From an uncultured Planctomycetia bacterium (GTDB lineage Bacteria > Omnitrophota > Gorgyraeia > 2-01-FULL-45-10 > JAHFGN01): a stretch of DNA of 64,000 bases. Shown one piece after another: positions 38,005 to 47,710 of this stretch. The translations under genes were made by a program, and so were the position numbers. The notes under the pieces are model-generated. The model did no database searches and had not been told where the DNA came from. It saw nothing but the letters and a program-made list of their open reading frames with translations. Positions within the stretch are counted from its first letter, which is position 1, and every line of letters starts with the position of its first letter. The stretch spans positions 10,975 through 74,974 of the forward strand of contig CAYHAE010000006.1 in assembly GCA_964354545.1 (NCBI GenBank), given 5' to 3'.

Positions 38005-38673
38005 CTACTTCGATTTAACGGCGGCGACCTTCACGAAATCGGCCGCATCCTCTATTTTATCGGTAACCCCTTCGAGGTATTCGGCCAATTGGTAGGTCAG
38101 GAAGAAGCTCACGGGCTCAAGCTTTGCGTGTAGTGCCGACTCGATGAGCGCCTTCTTCTGGTCGTCAGCCTCGTGCTCGAAGCGGTCCACGTCCGCGCAA
38201 TCGTCGAGCGCCTTTTTCAGATCGTTCTTCGTGAGCGCCTGGATCGCCTCTCTCAGCTTGGAGATGGAATTGAAGATGAGCTCGGTGGCGATCGATATAT
38301 TCGTCAGCACGTTGTCAGGAAGCCTCTGCTCAATGAACCCCAATAGGCGCGCTGAGCCGTTCGTCCAGTCAGCGATCCTATCGAGGGTCTTCACAAAGTG
38401 CATCATGTCTTCCCTGTCAGGCGGGAGGAGCAGGCCCTCAGAGAGCTGATCGACCATCTTCGACCTCAACACGTCTGCCCGATGCTCGCTCTCCCTCACC
38501 TTCGCGATCGCCTCCGCCTTCGCTGCCAGATCGCCCTTGATGAACGCCTTCACGGCATCGGCGAAATGCGAGACAGTCTGGCACGTCTCCTCAGCGTGTT
38601 TCTGCGCATCCTGCAGTATCGATTCCTCCTCGGCCATTCCCAGCCAGCCCAAAATGTTCCTTCTCTCCTTCAT
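38005..38673 (-). CDS. DUF47 (PhoU-like) phosphate transport regulator
   Basis: EHRAD, PPDRED, EHEADD, DKIEDAAD; paired with PiT. Confidence 0.88.
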   Translation of the reverse strand: MKERRNILGWLGMAEEESILQDAQKHAEETCQTVSHFADAVKAFIKGDLAAKAEAIAKVRESEHRADVLRSKMVDQLSEGLLLPPDREDMMHFVKTLDRIADWTNGSARLLGFIEQRLPDNVLTNISIATELIFNSISKLREAIQALTKNDLKKALDDCADVDRFEHEADDQKKALIESALHAKLEPVSFFLTYQLAEYLEGVTDKIEDAADFVKVAAVKSK

Positions 38674-38683
38674 GGCGACCTCC

Positions 38684-39670
38684 TCATGTAGTGCGCCTCA
38701 AAAAAACCATAACCGCTTTAAGTGCCAGATAGCTGACCGTGCCGGAGATAAACGGCGTGGCGAGCCAGCATACGATCATCTCTCGCGCGATGCGAAGATT
38801 GAGCACCCTCACACCCCTCACCAAACCCACCCCGAAGATAGCGCCGACGATGGAATGGCTCGTGGAGACCGGTATCCCAAAAAGTGTATAAATATGGACG
38901 TTGATGGCGCTTGCGAATTGCGCAGAGAACGCCATGACCGGCAAAAGGTGCGTGATCTCTGAGCCTATCGTCTCGATCACCTTGTATCCCCATGTGACGA
39001 TGCCCAATACTATCGCGAAGCCTCCTATAGCCACGCTCACCCGCAGCGAAAGTAAGCCTGACCCTACAAGGACGCCTACCGCGTTGGCGACATCATTCGC
39101 TCCCCAGGAATACGCCACATAACAACCGCTTATGATGACGAGAGATGTGACAAATGCCTTTAGATAGCGGCGAGGGATCACCCTATAGAACATATTTTTA
39201 AATATCCTGTAAAAGAGGTACCCTAAAAGCGCGGCGCCGAGGGGTGTTGCTATCCAGCATACGAATACGTCGAAGAGCACTTTCCACCTCACCGGCGCTC
39301 CGATCGCGAGGCCTGCGCCGGCTACAGCGCCCACGATGGAATGGCTCGTCGAAATGGGCATCTTCCAGTACGTGGCAAGGGCCACCCAGGCACAGGCGGA
39401 AAAACCGGCGACCAGCGCCACGTATACGGCAATGGTCCTGTCCAACGTATCCATCGGGATGATGCCTTTACCGATGGTCTTGACCACGTACGAGCCTTGT
39501 AGATAAGCACCGAGAAAACCGAAGATGGAGATGAGGATGATCGCCTGTCGCAGGTTCAGGGTCTTCGATCCTACGGCGGTGCCCAATGAATTTGCGGCAT
39601 CGTTGGCGCCGATCGACCAGCCAACCCCAACGCCCATTAATATCGTGAGGGCGATCAATACAATATACAT
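38684..39670 (-). CDS. PiT inorganic phosphate transporter
   Basis: Duplicated GANDAAN/GANDVAN and PISTSHSIVG/PVSTSHSIVG motifs. Confidence 0.95.
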   Translation of the reverse strand: MYIVLIALTILMGVGVGWSIGANDAANSLGTAVGSKTLNLRQAIILISIFGFLGAYLQGSYVVKTIGKGIIPMDTLDRTIAVYVALVAGFSACAWVALATYWKMPISTSHSIVGAVAGAGLAIGAPVRWKVLFDVFVCWIATPLGAALLGYLFYRIFKNMFYRVIPRRYLKAFVTSLVIISGCYVAYSWGANDVANAVGVLVGSGLLSLRVSVAIGGFAIVLGIVTWGYKVIETIGSEITHLLPVMAFSAQFASAINVHIYTLFGIPVSTSHSIVGAIFGVGLVRGVRVLNLRIAREMIVCWLATPFISGTVSYLALKAVMVFLRRTT

Positions 39671-39765
39671 AAGTCCTTTATCAGGCTGCTCTCAAGTGTA
39701 ATAGTCGAATATCCCGGCATTCGCCTCACCCGCGTCTTTGCGGATCCTCAAGCCCCTGCTAAAAG

Positions 39766-39810
39766 AAAAAGGCAGATTGTCGCTGCACGGTGTGCTCGAT
39801 CTGCCTTTTT
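39766..39810 (-). terminator. Probable intrinsic terminator (bidirectional-type)
   Basis: AAAAAGGCAGAT...ATCTGCCTTTTT. Confidence 0.65.
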
Positions 39811-39870
39811 AAGCTATTATCCTATATCCTCTTCGTGAAATGAGAGAGATATTTTGAAATGAGAGAGATA

Positions 39871-40080
39871 TTATTTCTTACCCCTCACAATCCTCTCGGC
39901 CTCCAGCCAGTCATCAAGAGAGTGGCCCGGCTTGCGGCCTCTCTTCTCCCATAGCTCATACGCCTTTTTCCGGATGAGTTCGGTGATCTGCTCGCCCGAC
40001 ATCTGAGGAGTGGCCGTAGGAGTTTGTGAAGGCGTAGATGATTTAGTCATCGACTCAAAACCTTTCACCATCCTTGCCAT
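39871..40080 (-). CDS. DUF2934 domain protein
   Basis: IRKKAYELWEKRGR..GHSLDDWLEAE. Confidence 0.88.
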   Translation of the reverse strand: MARMVKGFESMTKSSTPSQTPTATPQMSGEQITELIRKKAYELWEKRGRKPGHSLDDWLEAERIVRGKK

Positions 40081-40116
40081 GTGTTCAACCTCCCTTCTTC
40101 ATTGTTAGGAAATACT

Positions 40117-40144
40117 ATTATACAACTTCTAGAAATTAATGCAA
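40117..40144 (-). promoter_or_regulatory. Putative sigma70 promoter
   Basis: TTGCAT-N16-TATAAT. Confidence 0.5.
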
Positions 40145-40164
40145 GAAAAATGTTGCAAAAAATG

Positions 40165-41811
40165 TTATCCGATAGGCTCCTTCAAATAATCAGGAATCGG
40201 CTTTTTGAAGATCCTGTAGATATTCTGCAGGTGCGCCCTGAAGAGCGTGTCGAAAGGATTGCGGGGGCCGGGCTTGTTCTCGGGGCCGTACCACCAGGTC
40301 CAATCGCTCCCCTCAGCTATGTAAAGCTCCCTCCACGCCTTTTCTACCTGAGAAGAGGCCTTCGGGCTCCATGAATTGGATTCTTTCGCGAACCTCACAA
40401 GGTCGGCGCGCGTCTTGACCAGACGCTCCCAGGCCGCGTGATCCTGCGGCGCACCTATCCAGACCTTAAAGCAGTGATCTATCCACGAACCGGGAAATAC
40501 CTTCTTTAACGACTTCTTCGCCGGCTCCGCCCTCAGGTACTCGCTCACGGTGGTCGATGCTATCTCCTCGCCTCCGTCAAGCCTGGAATAGAGGAGCTCG
40601 AAGAACCGCCTCCCGTTATCTTCGTAGTACTCCCACGCATTTTCCCCGTCCATCACGATCGGCACCAAGGCCCTATCCGCAGCCCTTCTCATATTCGCCT
40701 CAATCCTCTGGAAGTGCCCCACGAGGTCAAGGGCTGCCATCTGAGGGTCCCAGCTCGCGTAGGCAAAACTGATGAGATTGGACAGATTCTTGTCTCTGAA
40801 GACGAGGGTGAGATGCCTTCCGTCTTTATGAAACCTGTACGGCTGATAGACGAGCCTCCTGTCGAGCGCCTTTCCCATATACGTCTTGTCATAGGCGTTG
40901 AGCGTCAGGAAGAGTATGTCCTCGTCTGTCGCCACCCATTCAATCCCTGCGCCCATAATGAGCCCAAGGGCATCTTCGCTCACGCTTCCTTCCGACGGCC
41001 ACATCCCGCACGGCTTCTTTCCGAAGTTCGCCGCGTGGGTGCGCACCGCCTGCTCGAGATGCCACCGCGCATCTTCAGGATGGGAAAACTTCATCGACGG
41101 CAAGGCGGTATCGGGGGCGGAGACCTTCGCGATATCCGTATCGCAGAGGAGCGGCAAAATGGGATGGTAGTACGGCGTTGTGGTGATCTCGATCCTGCCC
41201 GCATCCTGCAATCTCCTGTAGAGAGGCAGTATCTCGGCCAGCACGTCCTTCTGTTTTTTGACCACGAACATCTTTTCTGCTTCCGTATAGCCTTCTTTTT
41301 TATCGACGAGCTCACGAAGGTAAGAATCCGCCTCTATCGTGAGAGAATGGAACCACGCGAGATTAAACAGCACCTGAAGGTCGAGATAGTCCTGATTCGA
41401 GAATTGCACCGAACTCCTGCGGAGCGCCGAGTGAGATGTAGCGTTCACCCCCTTCTTGATCAACAGGTCTCGATACCTCGGATGCGGCTCAATGAAACGG
41501 GCGAAGTTCACCTTGAAGAAGGAATCGAGGATCTGGACCCTCTCGCTCAAGGTCAGGCCGCCTGGCTTTTTAAGCGTGAGCTCCAGGAGCGTATCGGAGG
41601 CATTGTTCTCCACATAGTCCCGTATCTGCTCGACCAGGACCGGGACCATGTTGAACGTTACTCTCACGTTATCGAACTTCTCCACGATGGCGGCCATCGG
41701 GTAGTAGTCTTTGACACCGTGGAGCCTCACCCAGGGAAGCATGAAGAGGCCATCGATGTCGCTCTTATAGTATGGCTGGTGCATATGCCAGATAAACGCT
41801 ATGTCGATCAT
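40165..41811 (-). CDS. Glycoside hydrolase family 57 (amylopullulanase-like)
   Basis: WHMHQPYY, PYYHPILPL, GMWPSEG (nucleophile), MDGENAWE (acid/base), AEGSDWTWW. Confidence 0.95.
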   Translation of the reverse strand: MIDIAFIWHMHQPYYKSDIDGLFMLPWVRLHGVKDYYPMAAIVEKFDNVRVTFNMVPVLVEQIRDYVENNASDTLLELTLKKPGGLTLSERVQILDSFFKVNFARFIEPHPRYRDLLIKKGVNATSHSALRRSSVQFSNQDYLDLQVLFNLAWFHSLTIEADSYLRELVDKKEGYTEAEKMFVVKKQKDVLAEILPLYRRLQDAGRIEITTTPYYHPILPLLCDTDIAKVSAPDTALPSMKFSHPEDARWHLEQAVRTHAANFGKKPCGMWPSEGSVSEDALGLIMGAGIEWVATDEDILFLTLNAYDKTYMGKALDRRLVYQPYRFHKDGRHLTLVFRDKNLSNLISFAYASWDPQMAALDLVGHFQRIEANMRRAADRALVPIVMDGENAWEYYEDNGRRFFELLYSRLDGGEEIASTTVSEYLRAEPAKKSLKKVFPGSWIDHCFKVWIGAPQDHAAWERLVKTRADLVRFAKESNSWSPKASSQVEKAWRELYIAEGSDWTWWYGPENKPGPRNPFDTLFRAHLQNIYRIFKKPIPDYLKEPIG

Positions 41812-42032
41812 ACCTCACCGGATTATCGTATCGTGTGATTTTTTACGTACGGAGGGATATCATAAAGCAGACGCCCGCGCTCATTCTAAAGCCGGATCAT
41901 GAAAAACGTGCGCGACACAGGCATCCGTCTCTACGGGCACTTCTATAGAAAATGCCTCTTTCTCAAAAGCTAAAGTCTGCACGTCCTCGTATCCCGCTCA
42001 CCGCATTTTTATGCACATCGCGCAGCAGCGGG

Positions 42033-42345
42033 GTGCCTCACGCTATAGCCACGCACAGGGCGTCCCGCTTTTTTGGATAATGTACCAACCCTGCATTCCA
42101 AAAAGGCGGGGCTGGAGCCTTGCTCTTTGCCTCTGCTGGTTCGACTTTGCTCACCATCCCTCGAACCATCCCGAGCGAAGTCGAGGGAGATGCGACGTCT
42201 CCCCTGAAATCTGAAAGATTTCGGGGATTTAATCCCTGAAAATTGTCCGCAGGAGAATTTTCAGGGACCGCTTCGCATTTCCCTGATGTCGGGACTGCCC
42301 CTCCCGCTAAACCCACGGGCAGGGCGCCCCCTACGGGGGCTGCCC
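42033..42345. repeat. Composite palindromic repeat cluster: two two-hairpin modules, a ~140-bp element and a REP insert
   Basis: 42105-42297 aligns with 43730-43869 apart from a 52-bp insert; the modules at 42033 and 42297 match the 59-bp array unit. Confidence 0.85.
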
Positions 42346-42348
42346 TTA

Positions 42349-42762
42349 TTATCGTTTTGCGCCTTCTGCGTCCGTCGCGGCTTCGCCTGTAGACGTTTCC
42401 TCAGCCTTCTCTACCTTTACGGTCTTCGCGACCTTCTTGCCGCCTTCGCTCGTGGCATAGTCTACGTCAACCCAGTCGCCCGTCTTCACATCTTTCAGGG
42501 ATGAGGCGTTTTCAAGCTTCGAATCCTGATTCACGAGCACCTCGAGATTCTTTTCCTCATCCGCGTCGTAATCATAGTACTGCACGGTCAAGGACTGGGC
42601 GGTTTCATTTACAGCGAGCACTTCTCCATAGACAGACTCTACTTTGGGTCCGCTCTGAGCCGGAACGGCCTCGGCCTTCTTCTCTTCCTGAGCGATGCCG
42701 CTGGATACGAGAAGGGCGAGACACGCTGCAAGGCAAAAAACGGCTACGATAGATTTCCGCAT
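42349..42762 (-). CDS. Exported hypothetical protein (small beta/OB-like domain)
   Basis: Signal peptide; YGEVLAV...LKDVKTGDWVDVDY. Confidence 0.75.
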   Translation of the reverse strand: MRKSIVAVFCLAACLALLVSSGIAQEEKKAEAVPAQSGPKVESVYGEVLAVNETAQSLTVQYYDYDADEEKNLEVLVNQDSKLENASSLKDVKTGDWVDVDYATSEGGKKVAKTVKVEKAEETSTGEAATDAEGAKR

Positions 42763-42872
42763 ATCTTCACCTCCTTCAAATTTCTAGATTCGGTACTATA
42801 TCACATAGGCGGGGCAAAATCAAGATATATTCCACTCCTGACGCAACTGCGCCGCGTTGTCTCAAGGCGCCG

Positions 42873-43634
42873 CTATACGCTCAAGGTCCTCCCCGTCCTA
42901 TCGAAAATCCTGAATTTCGCGATGTTCCACCTGCTCAATCTATACTGAAACGCAGTCGCCAGAACGCCGAAGCCGTAGACAATGCTCCTCTGGAAATTGA
43001 TAGAGGATGACTCCCTGGTATAGGCGCTCGGGCTCGTGATCTCGCCAACCCTGAACCCGTAGTAAAACGCCTGCAGGAGCATCTGGTTGTCGAAAACGAA
43101 ATCATCCGAGCCCTCCATGACCGGCAGGGCCATGAGCACGTCCCGCGAGAACGCCCTATAGCCCGTGTGATACTCCGAGAGCTTCTCGCCGATGATGTTG
43201 TTCTCCAAGAGCGTCAAGATCCTGTTCGCGGCATACTTATACACGGGCATGCCTCCCTTCATTGCAAGGTTGCCTAATATCCGCGAGCCGAGGACTACGT
43301 CGAACATCCCGGAGGTGATCAGGGAGGCCATGGGATGGATCAGCTTAGGAGGGTATTGGTAATCCGGGTGCAACATAATCACCACGTCTGCCCCTGCCTT
43401 GAGCGCCTCTCGATAGCACGTCTTTTGATTGGCCCCATACCCCTTGTTCACATCGTGCTCGAAGACCTTTAAGCCGAGGGAGCGCGCAATCCTCACCGTG
43501 TCATCGCTCGATTTGTCGTCGGTGAGGATAGTCTCGTCTACGATATCCTTGGGAATTTCATCATAGGTCTTCTTAAGCGTCCTGGAGGCGTTATAGGCAG
43601 GCATCACCACTACGATCTTCTTACCGTTGAGCAT
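42873..43634 (-). CDS. Glycosyltransferase family 2 (DPM1-like)
   Basis: VVMPAYN, DDKSSD, GYGANQK, HPDYQY, EYHTGYRAF. Confidence 0.93.
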   Translation of the reverse strand: MLNGKKIVVVMPAYNASRTLKKTYDEIPKDIVDETILTDDKSSDDTVRIARSLGLKVFEHDVNKGYGANQKTCYREALKAGADVVIMLHPDYQYPPKLIHPMASLITSGMFDVVLGSRILGNLAMKGGMPVYKYAANRILTLLENNIIGEKLSEYHTGYRAFSRDVLMALPVMEGSDDFVFDNQMLLQAFYYGFRVGEITSPSAYTRESSSINFQRSIVYGFGVLATAFQYRLSRWNIAKFRIFDRTGRTLSV

Positions 43635-43729
43635 AGCCGCGTCCCATAGAACATTATAACGCCTTAAGACAAGTTAAGGGGTATCGACAATACCCCTTAA
43701 CGATGCTGCCCGGAAATCTCTTTGCCGTA

Positions 43730-43869
43730 GGCGGACTGGAGCCTCGCTCTTTGCCCCTGCGATGCGACGTCTCCCTTGAAATCTGAAAGATTTCGGGGAT
43801 TTAATCCCTGAAAATTATCCCGTGGAGAATTTTCAGGGACCGCTTCGCTTTCCACTGGTGTCGGGACTG
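43730..43869. repeat. Second copy of the ~140-bp palindromic element, lacking the REP insert
   Basis: Near-identical to 42105-42136 joined to 42189-42297. Confidence 0.88.
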
Positions 43870-43877
43870 GAAGCCTG

Positions 43878-44240
43878 TTACTTTTTCGAGGACTCCGTCA
43901 GCTGGTCTTGTAATCCCTTGCTCTCGGCAAGGAGCTTGTCGTACACAGCCTTGAGGGTTATCTTCTCTTCGAGCAACTTGTCATATTCGTCCTTGAGCGC
44001 CTTCTTTTCGTTGGCCGCAGTCTCCAATCGGGTCGCCAAGTCCATCTTCTCCTTCAACAAGTTATCATATTCGCTCGTGAGGGCTTCCTTGGCCCTGAGG
44101 AGAAGCGCGCACCTCTCCTCGAATACCGCTTTTTCATTCATGAGCGCATCATATTTCTTTTGTGAAACACCGCATCCTGATAATGCGCCCGCAAAAAATA
44201 CAACAGCCACCGCTACCGCACCCCATCTTATCAACTTCAT
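43878..44240 (-). CDS. Coiled-coil lipoprotein
   Basis: Lipobox LSGC, VSQKKY, heptad repeats. Confidence 0.75.
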   Translation of the reverse strand: MKLIRWGAVAVAVVFFAGALSGCGVSQKKYDALMNEKAVFEERCALLLRAKEALTSEYDNLLKEKMDLATRLETAANEKKALKDEYDKLLEEKITLKAVYDKLLAESKGLQDQLTESSKK

Positions 44241-44292
44241 CTAATCCTCTCCTCCTTTTTTGCTCACACGCAGCCATCCTGCACGAAACGAA

Positions 44293-44745
44293 TCACTGGC
44301 CCAAATACTTCTCAAGCGCTGCCCAGGTCCTTGACCCTACTTTTCCGTCAGCGGTGAGCCCTTTGGATTTCTGAAATTCCTGAATGGCCTTTTTTGTATT
44401 CGGGCCTATTTTCCCGTCTATCGCGCCCGTATAAAACCCTGCGTTCTTGAGCGCCCTCTGGATCTCCTTCTCCCTGCTCACCTTCTCAGTGGCGACGGAG
44501 GCCTTGGGCTTCTCAGGAACCTGAGGCGCGGCTGTCGGAGGGATGGTCTCCACCATGTTCGCCTCGTCCATTCCCTGGACTTGCGCCTGGGTTGCTTCCT
44601 CGGTCACAGGCGCAACGCTCGTCTCGCCCATAGAGATCTCCTCTTCCGTGGCTCGAGGCTCTTCTTTTTTTGCTTTGCACCCGCTCGTCACGATACAGCA
44701 TACCGCCAACGAGATAGCCAGGAACGGTATATAATAATTCCTCAT
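44293..44745 (-). CDS. Peptidoglycan-binding-domain lipoprotein
   Basis: Lipobox TSGC; IQRALKNAGFY.G.IDGKIG..T..AI.EFQ...GL.ADG.VG..TW. Confidence 0.88.
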   Translation of the reverse strand: MRNYYIPFLAISLAVCCIVTSGCKAKKEEPRATEEEISMGETSVAPVTEEATQAQVQGMDEANMVETIPPTAAPQVPEKPKASVATEKVSREKEIQRALKNAGFYTGAIDGKIGPNTKKAIQEFQKSKGLTADGKVGSRTWAALEKYLGQ

Positions 44746-44801
44746 CGCTTCTCCTTTCTTTATTTTACGCGAGAAAATCCCTTAATCATCATTTTAGTAT
44801 A

Positions 44802-44829
44802 ATTATAGGGCTCGATATCCCTTTGTCAA
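44802..44829 (-). promoter_or_regulatory. Sigma70 promoter
   Basis: TTGACA-N16-TATAAT. Confidence 0.65.
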
Positions 44830-44857
44830 GAAGAAAAGGCGCACGTTCGTTGCCGCA

Positions 44858-44930
44858 ACATAGACTATAGACCATAGACCATGACAGTCTATGGTTTTTG
44901 GTCCGTAGTCTGTGGTCTTTGGTCTGTGGG
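44858..44930. repeat. Heptamer inverted repeat (ATAGACC / GGTCTGT type)
   Basis: CATAGAC TATAGAC CATAGAC CAT..GTCTATG GTTTTTG GTCCGTA GTCTGTG GTCTTTG GTCTGTG. Confidence 0.8.
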
Positions 44931-45077
44931 CGCAGCGGCCGCCTTAGGAAGGTCCATGGACGCTGCCTGTTGCACAGGCGCCGCCTGCGGCCTTACCTGT
45001 GGGGCCCTTTTTTGCCTCTTCTTTCGTGCCTTATACTTCTGTTGCTGTTTGATATGGTATTGTTTTCGCAGTCCCAT
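44889..45077 (-). CDS. 62-aa basic low-complexity hypothetical protein
   Basis: RBS GAAAGG; starts 2 nt after the upstream stop; MGLRKQYHIKQQQKYKARKKRQKR... Confidence 0.5.
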   Translation of the reverse strand: MGLRKQYHIKQQQKYKARKKRQKRAPQVRPQAAPVQQAASMDLPKAAAAPTDQRPQTTDQKP

Positions 45078-45079
45078 CT

Positions 45080-45910
45080 CTATCCTTTCGAGTGACTTCC
45101 GAATCCCGTCATCATCACTGCGCCGAAACCGGCAATGAGGAGAAGGCTTTTGATCACCGAACCGATTATCGGCAGGTATCCTATGAAAAAGAGGAGCGTG
45201 ATGCCTACGATCGCCTCGACGAGCGGGTGGATCGTCCTGTTCAGGGTCTTCAGGATGTTCCTTCCCACGAACGCCGCGCTTGCGATATACCCTATGATCA
45301 TCGCGAGCGCTACTAAAAGGATCTCGAGGGGGATGAGGAGTATCCCCACGACGCTGATCACAAGAAAGCCCGTCATGATCGCGATAAGACAGCACCATAG
45401 AAAGCCCCAGGCAAGCATACGCATGAACGAGTCTTCGAGCATAATGATAATGGCGCCCATGTGTTTCGGCGCGAGCGCCATCAAAAGGATTGCGAGACCA
45501 AGAAAACCAATGAGCACGAAGACGCTCAACATGACGAGAACGACAACCCATCCCCGCTTGAAGAACGCTGCAAGCGACGGGATGAGGCGCGATATGCGCA
45601 GCTGCGTGAGGTTTCCGTTGATGACGGTATCCGACTCCCTGATTACGTCGCCCGCGATGCTCACGATGTCACCTTTTACTTCGGATCCGGGTTTCATGCA
45701 GATGTCGCCTGCGATGACGAAGACTCCTCCCTCGACCTTCCCGAACACGGTCACGTTCCCGCCTATCACGACGATGTCGTGGACACCCATATTCGATTCT
45801 ACGACGACGTCGTCGAATATCTTGACCACGTTGCTGGCCTTCGCGGACGCCGGAGATGCCCCGCATACGAGAATGGCCGCCATGAGAACGACTGCAGTCG
45901 ATAGCCTCAT
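45080..45910 (-). CDS. Membrane protein with an N-terminal beta-helix (bactofilin/polymer-forming-like) region
   Basis: Signal peptide, G-D-V/I beta-helix repeats, several C-terminal TMs. Confidence 0.75.
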   Translation of the reverse strand: MRLSTAVVLMAAILVCGASPASAKASNVVKIFDDVVVESNMGVHDIVVIGGNVTVFGKVEGGVFVIAGDICMKPGSEVKGDIVSIAGDVIRESDTVINGNLTQLRISRLIPSLAAFFKRGWVVVLVMLSVFVLIGFLGLAILLMALAPKHMGAIIIMLEDSFMRMLAWGFLWCCLIAIMTGFLVISVVGILLIPLEILLVALAMIIGYIASAAFVGRNILKTLNRTIHPLVEAIVGITLLFFIGYLPIIGSVIKSLLLIAGFGAVMMTGFGSHSKG

Positions 45911-47067
45911 CTCTTCCCTCCTCGCACGAACCTTCTCATCCGTGCCAACGCCTCCCTCAGATTATCCATGCTCGATGCATACGATATCCTCACGTACCCC
46001 TCACCTGACGGGCCAAAGGCCGTTCCGGGAACCACGGCAACCTTCTCCGCCTTGAGAAGTTTGTTCGCAAACTCCATAGAGCTCAAGCCCGTCGATCGTA
46101 CCGACGGCAGGACGTAGAACGCGCCCTGCGGCAGATGGCACCCGAGGTCCATTGCGTTGAGCTCCCCCACGATGAAATCGCGCCTCCTCTTGTACTCTTT
46201 CTTCATCTCGTGGATCGAGGCCTCTCCGTGCGCGAGCGCCTCGCGCGCCGCCATCTGGGACGCGATGGGAGCGCACATAATCGTATATTGGTGTATCTTT
46301 GTCATCGCGGCAATCGCCTCCTTGGGGCCGCACGCATACCCGATCCTCCACCCCGTCATCGCATGCGATTTCGAGAATCCGTTCAGATACAGTGTCCGCG
46401 CCTTCATCCGGGGTATGGTCGGGAACGGTGTATGCTGAAAATCGTAGGTGAGCTCGCAGTATATCTCATCGCTTATCACTAAGAGGTTATGGGCATCGAT
46501 CGATTTCGCAATTTCACGGAGCTCTCTCTTCGTATAAGAGGCGCCCGTGGGGTTGCACGGATAATTCAATATCATGGCCCTCGTGCGCCCGTCGCACGAA
46601 CGCTCGATATCGCGCCGCGTGACCTTAAATCCGTTCTCAGGCGATGTCTTCAACAGAACGGGACGGCCGTCGCAGAGCGTCACGAGAGCACCGTATGAGA
46701 CGTAGCATGGCTCGGGAATGAGGACCTTATCGCCGGGGTTGATGAGGGCCCTCACCGCGAGGTCGAATGCCTCGCTCACCCCGACGGTGATGAGCATCTC
46801 GTCCTCGGGGTCGTAATCAAGGCCGCACTTGTGCTTCAGGAATTTCGAGAGGTCCTGCCGCAGTTCGAGGAGCCCCTTGTTGGACGTATAGGACGTGTAT
46901 CCTTCTTCGATCGAGTAGATCGCGGCCTCTCTCACGTTCCACGGCGTCACAAAATCAGGCTCGCCGACTCCGAGCGAAATGACATCCCTCATGCCGAGGA
47001 CGAGGTCAAAAAACGCCCTTATGCCGGAAGACGGGATCTCTTCAACTCTTTTATTGATATTTACCAT
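45907..47067 (-). CDS. Class I/II PLP aminotransferase (AlaT/YugH-like)
   Basis: SGIRAFFD, SLGVGEPDF, SDEIY, NGFSKSHAMTGWRIG. Confidence 0.94.
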   Translation of the reverse strand: MVNINKRVEEIPSSGIRAFFDLVLGMRDVISLGVGEPDFVTPWNVREAAIYSIEEGYTSYTSNKGLLELRQDLSKFLKHKCGLDYDPEDEMLITVGVSEAFDLAVRALINPGDKVLIPEPCYVSYGALVTLCDGRPVLLKTSPENGFKVTRRDIERSCDGRTRAMILNYPCNPTGASYTKRELREIAKSIDAHNLLVISDEIYCELTYDFQHTPFPTIPRMKARTLYLNGFSKSHAMTGWRIGYACGPKEAIAAMTKIHQYTIMCAPIASQMAAREALAHGEASIHEMKKEYKRRRDFIVGELNAMDLGCHLPQGAFYVLPSVRSTGLSSMEFANKLLKAEKVAVVPGTAFGPSGEGYVRISYASSMDNLREALARMRRFVRGGKR

Positions 47068-47183
47068 GTGCCAATCTCGATTGTGAAACTGTGCAAAGGA
47101 GAAATATTTTGGATTGTGTATTTGTTTCTGATCTGTGTTTGATCTCGTGCATGGAATTTCGAATGTGAGATTGTTCATTCTCG

Positions 47184-47669
47184 CTACAGTGTTATCGCGA
47201 GCCTCTTCTCCTTGCGTATTTGCTTGAGCATGTCCCCGTCTTCTTTGTACTTCTTCAGTAGAAAATGCGTTACGGTACCGCGGACGTTCTCCATGGGAGA
47301 CAATTTTTCAGCGATGAAATTCGAAATAGTATGGATATCCTTTCCTTCTACGATGAGCAGGAGATCATAGGTCCCTGAGACCAGGTAGCAGCTTGTGACC
47401 TCAGGGAACTGATAGATGCGCTCGGCGATGTGCTCGAAGCCGAGGTTCTTTTGCGGCATCACCCTCACCTCAATGAGGGCCCTCACGTCAGTCCGTGCGC
47501 TGCGCAGCAGCTCCTTATTGACGATGGTCTTATATTTTAATATGACCCCGTCCTTTTCGTATTTCTTGATCGCATTCCTTACCGCCTCTGGCTTCTTCCT
47601 CACCATCTTGGCGATCTCTTCGGGCCTCGTCCTTGCATCCTTTTCCAGAATCTCGAGTATCTCATCCAT
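47184..47669 (-). CDS. Lrp/AsnC family regulator (YugG-like)
   Basis: HTH; IYQFPEV.SCYLVSGTYDL, THFLLKKYK; typical pairing with the aminotransferase. Confidence 0.9.
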   Translation of the reverse strand: MDEILEILEKDARTRPEEIAKMVRKKPEAVRNAIKKYEKDGVILKYKTIVNKELLRSARTDVRALIEVRVMPQKNLGFEHIAERIYQFPEVTSCYLVSGTYDLLLIVEGKDIHTISNFIAEKLSPMENVRGTVTHFLLKKYKEDGDMLKQIRKEKRLAITL

Positions 47670-47710
47670 CTCGATATCTCCTTTCGGATTTCTTATCGAC
47701 ACTACGTATG

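Noticed and set aside
39671-39765. Riboswitch or Pho box upstream of PiT
   Set aside because: No recognisable consensus.
41881-41982. 33-aa minus-strand ORF (MQTLAFEKEAFSIE...)
   Set aside because: GTG start with a poorly spaced RBS and no motif; insufficient support.
42038-42316. 92-aa ORF in the track
   Set aside because: It lies entirely within the palindromic repeat cluster.
47081-47098. TTGTGAAACTGTGCAAAG as a Rex operator
   Set aside because: The second half-site matches TTCACAA poorly.
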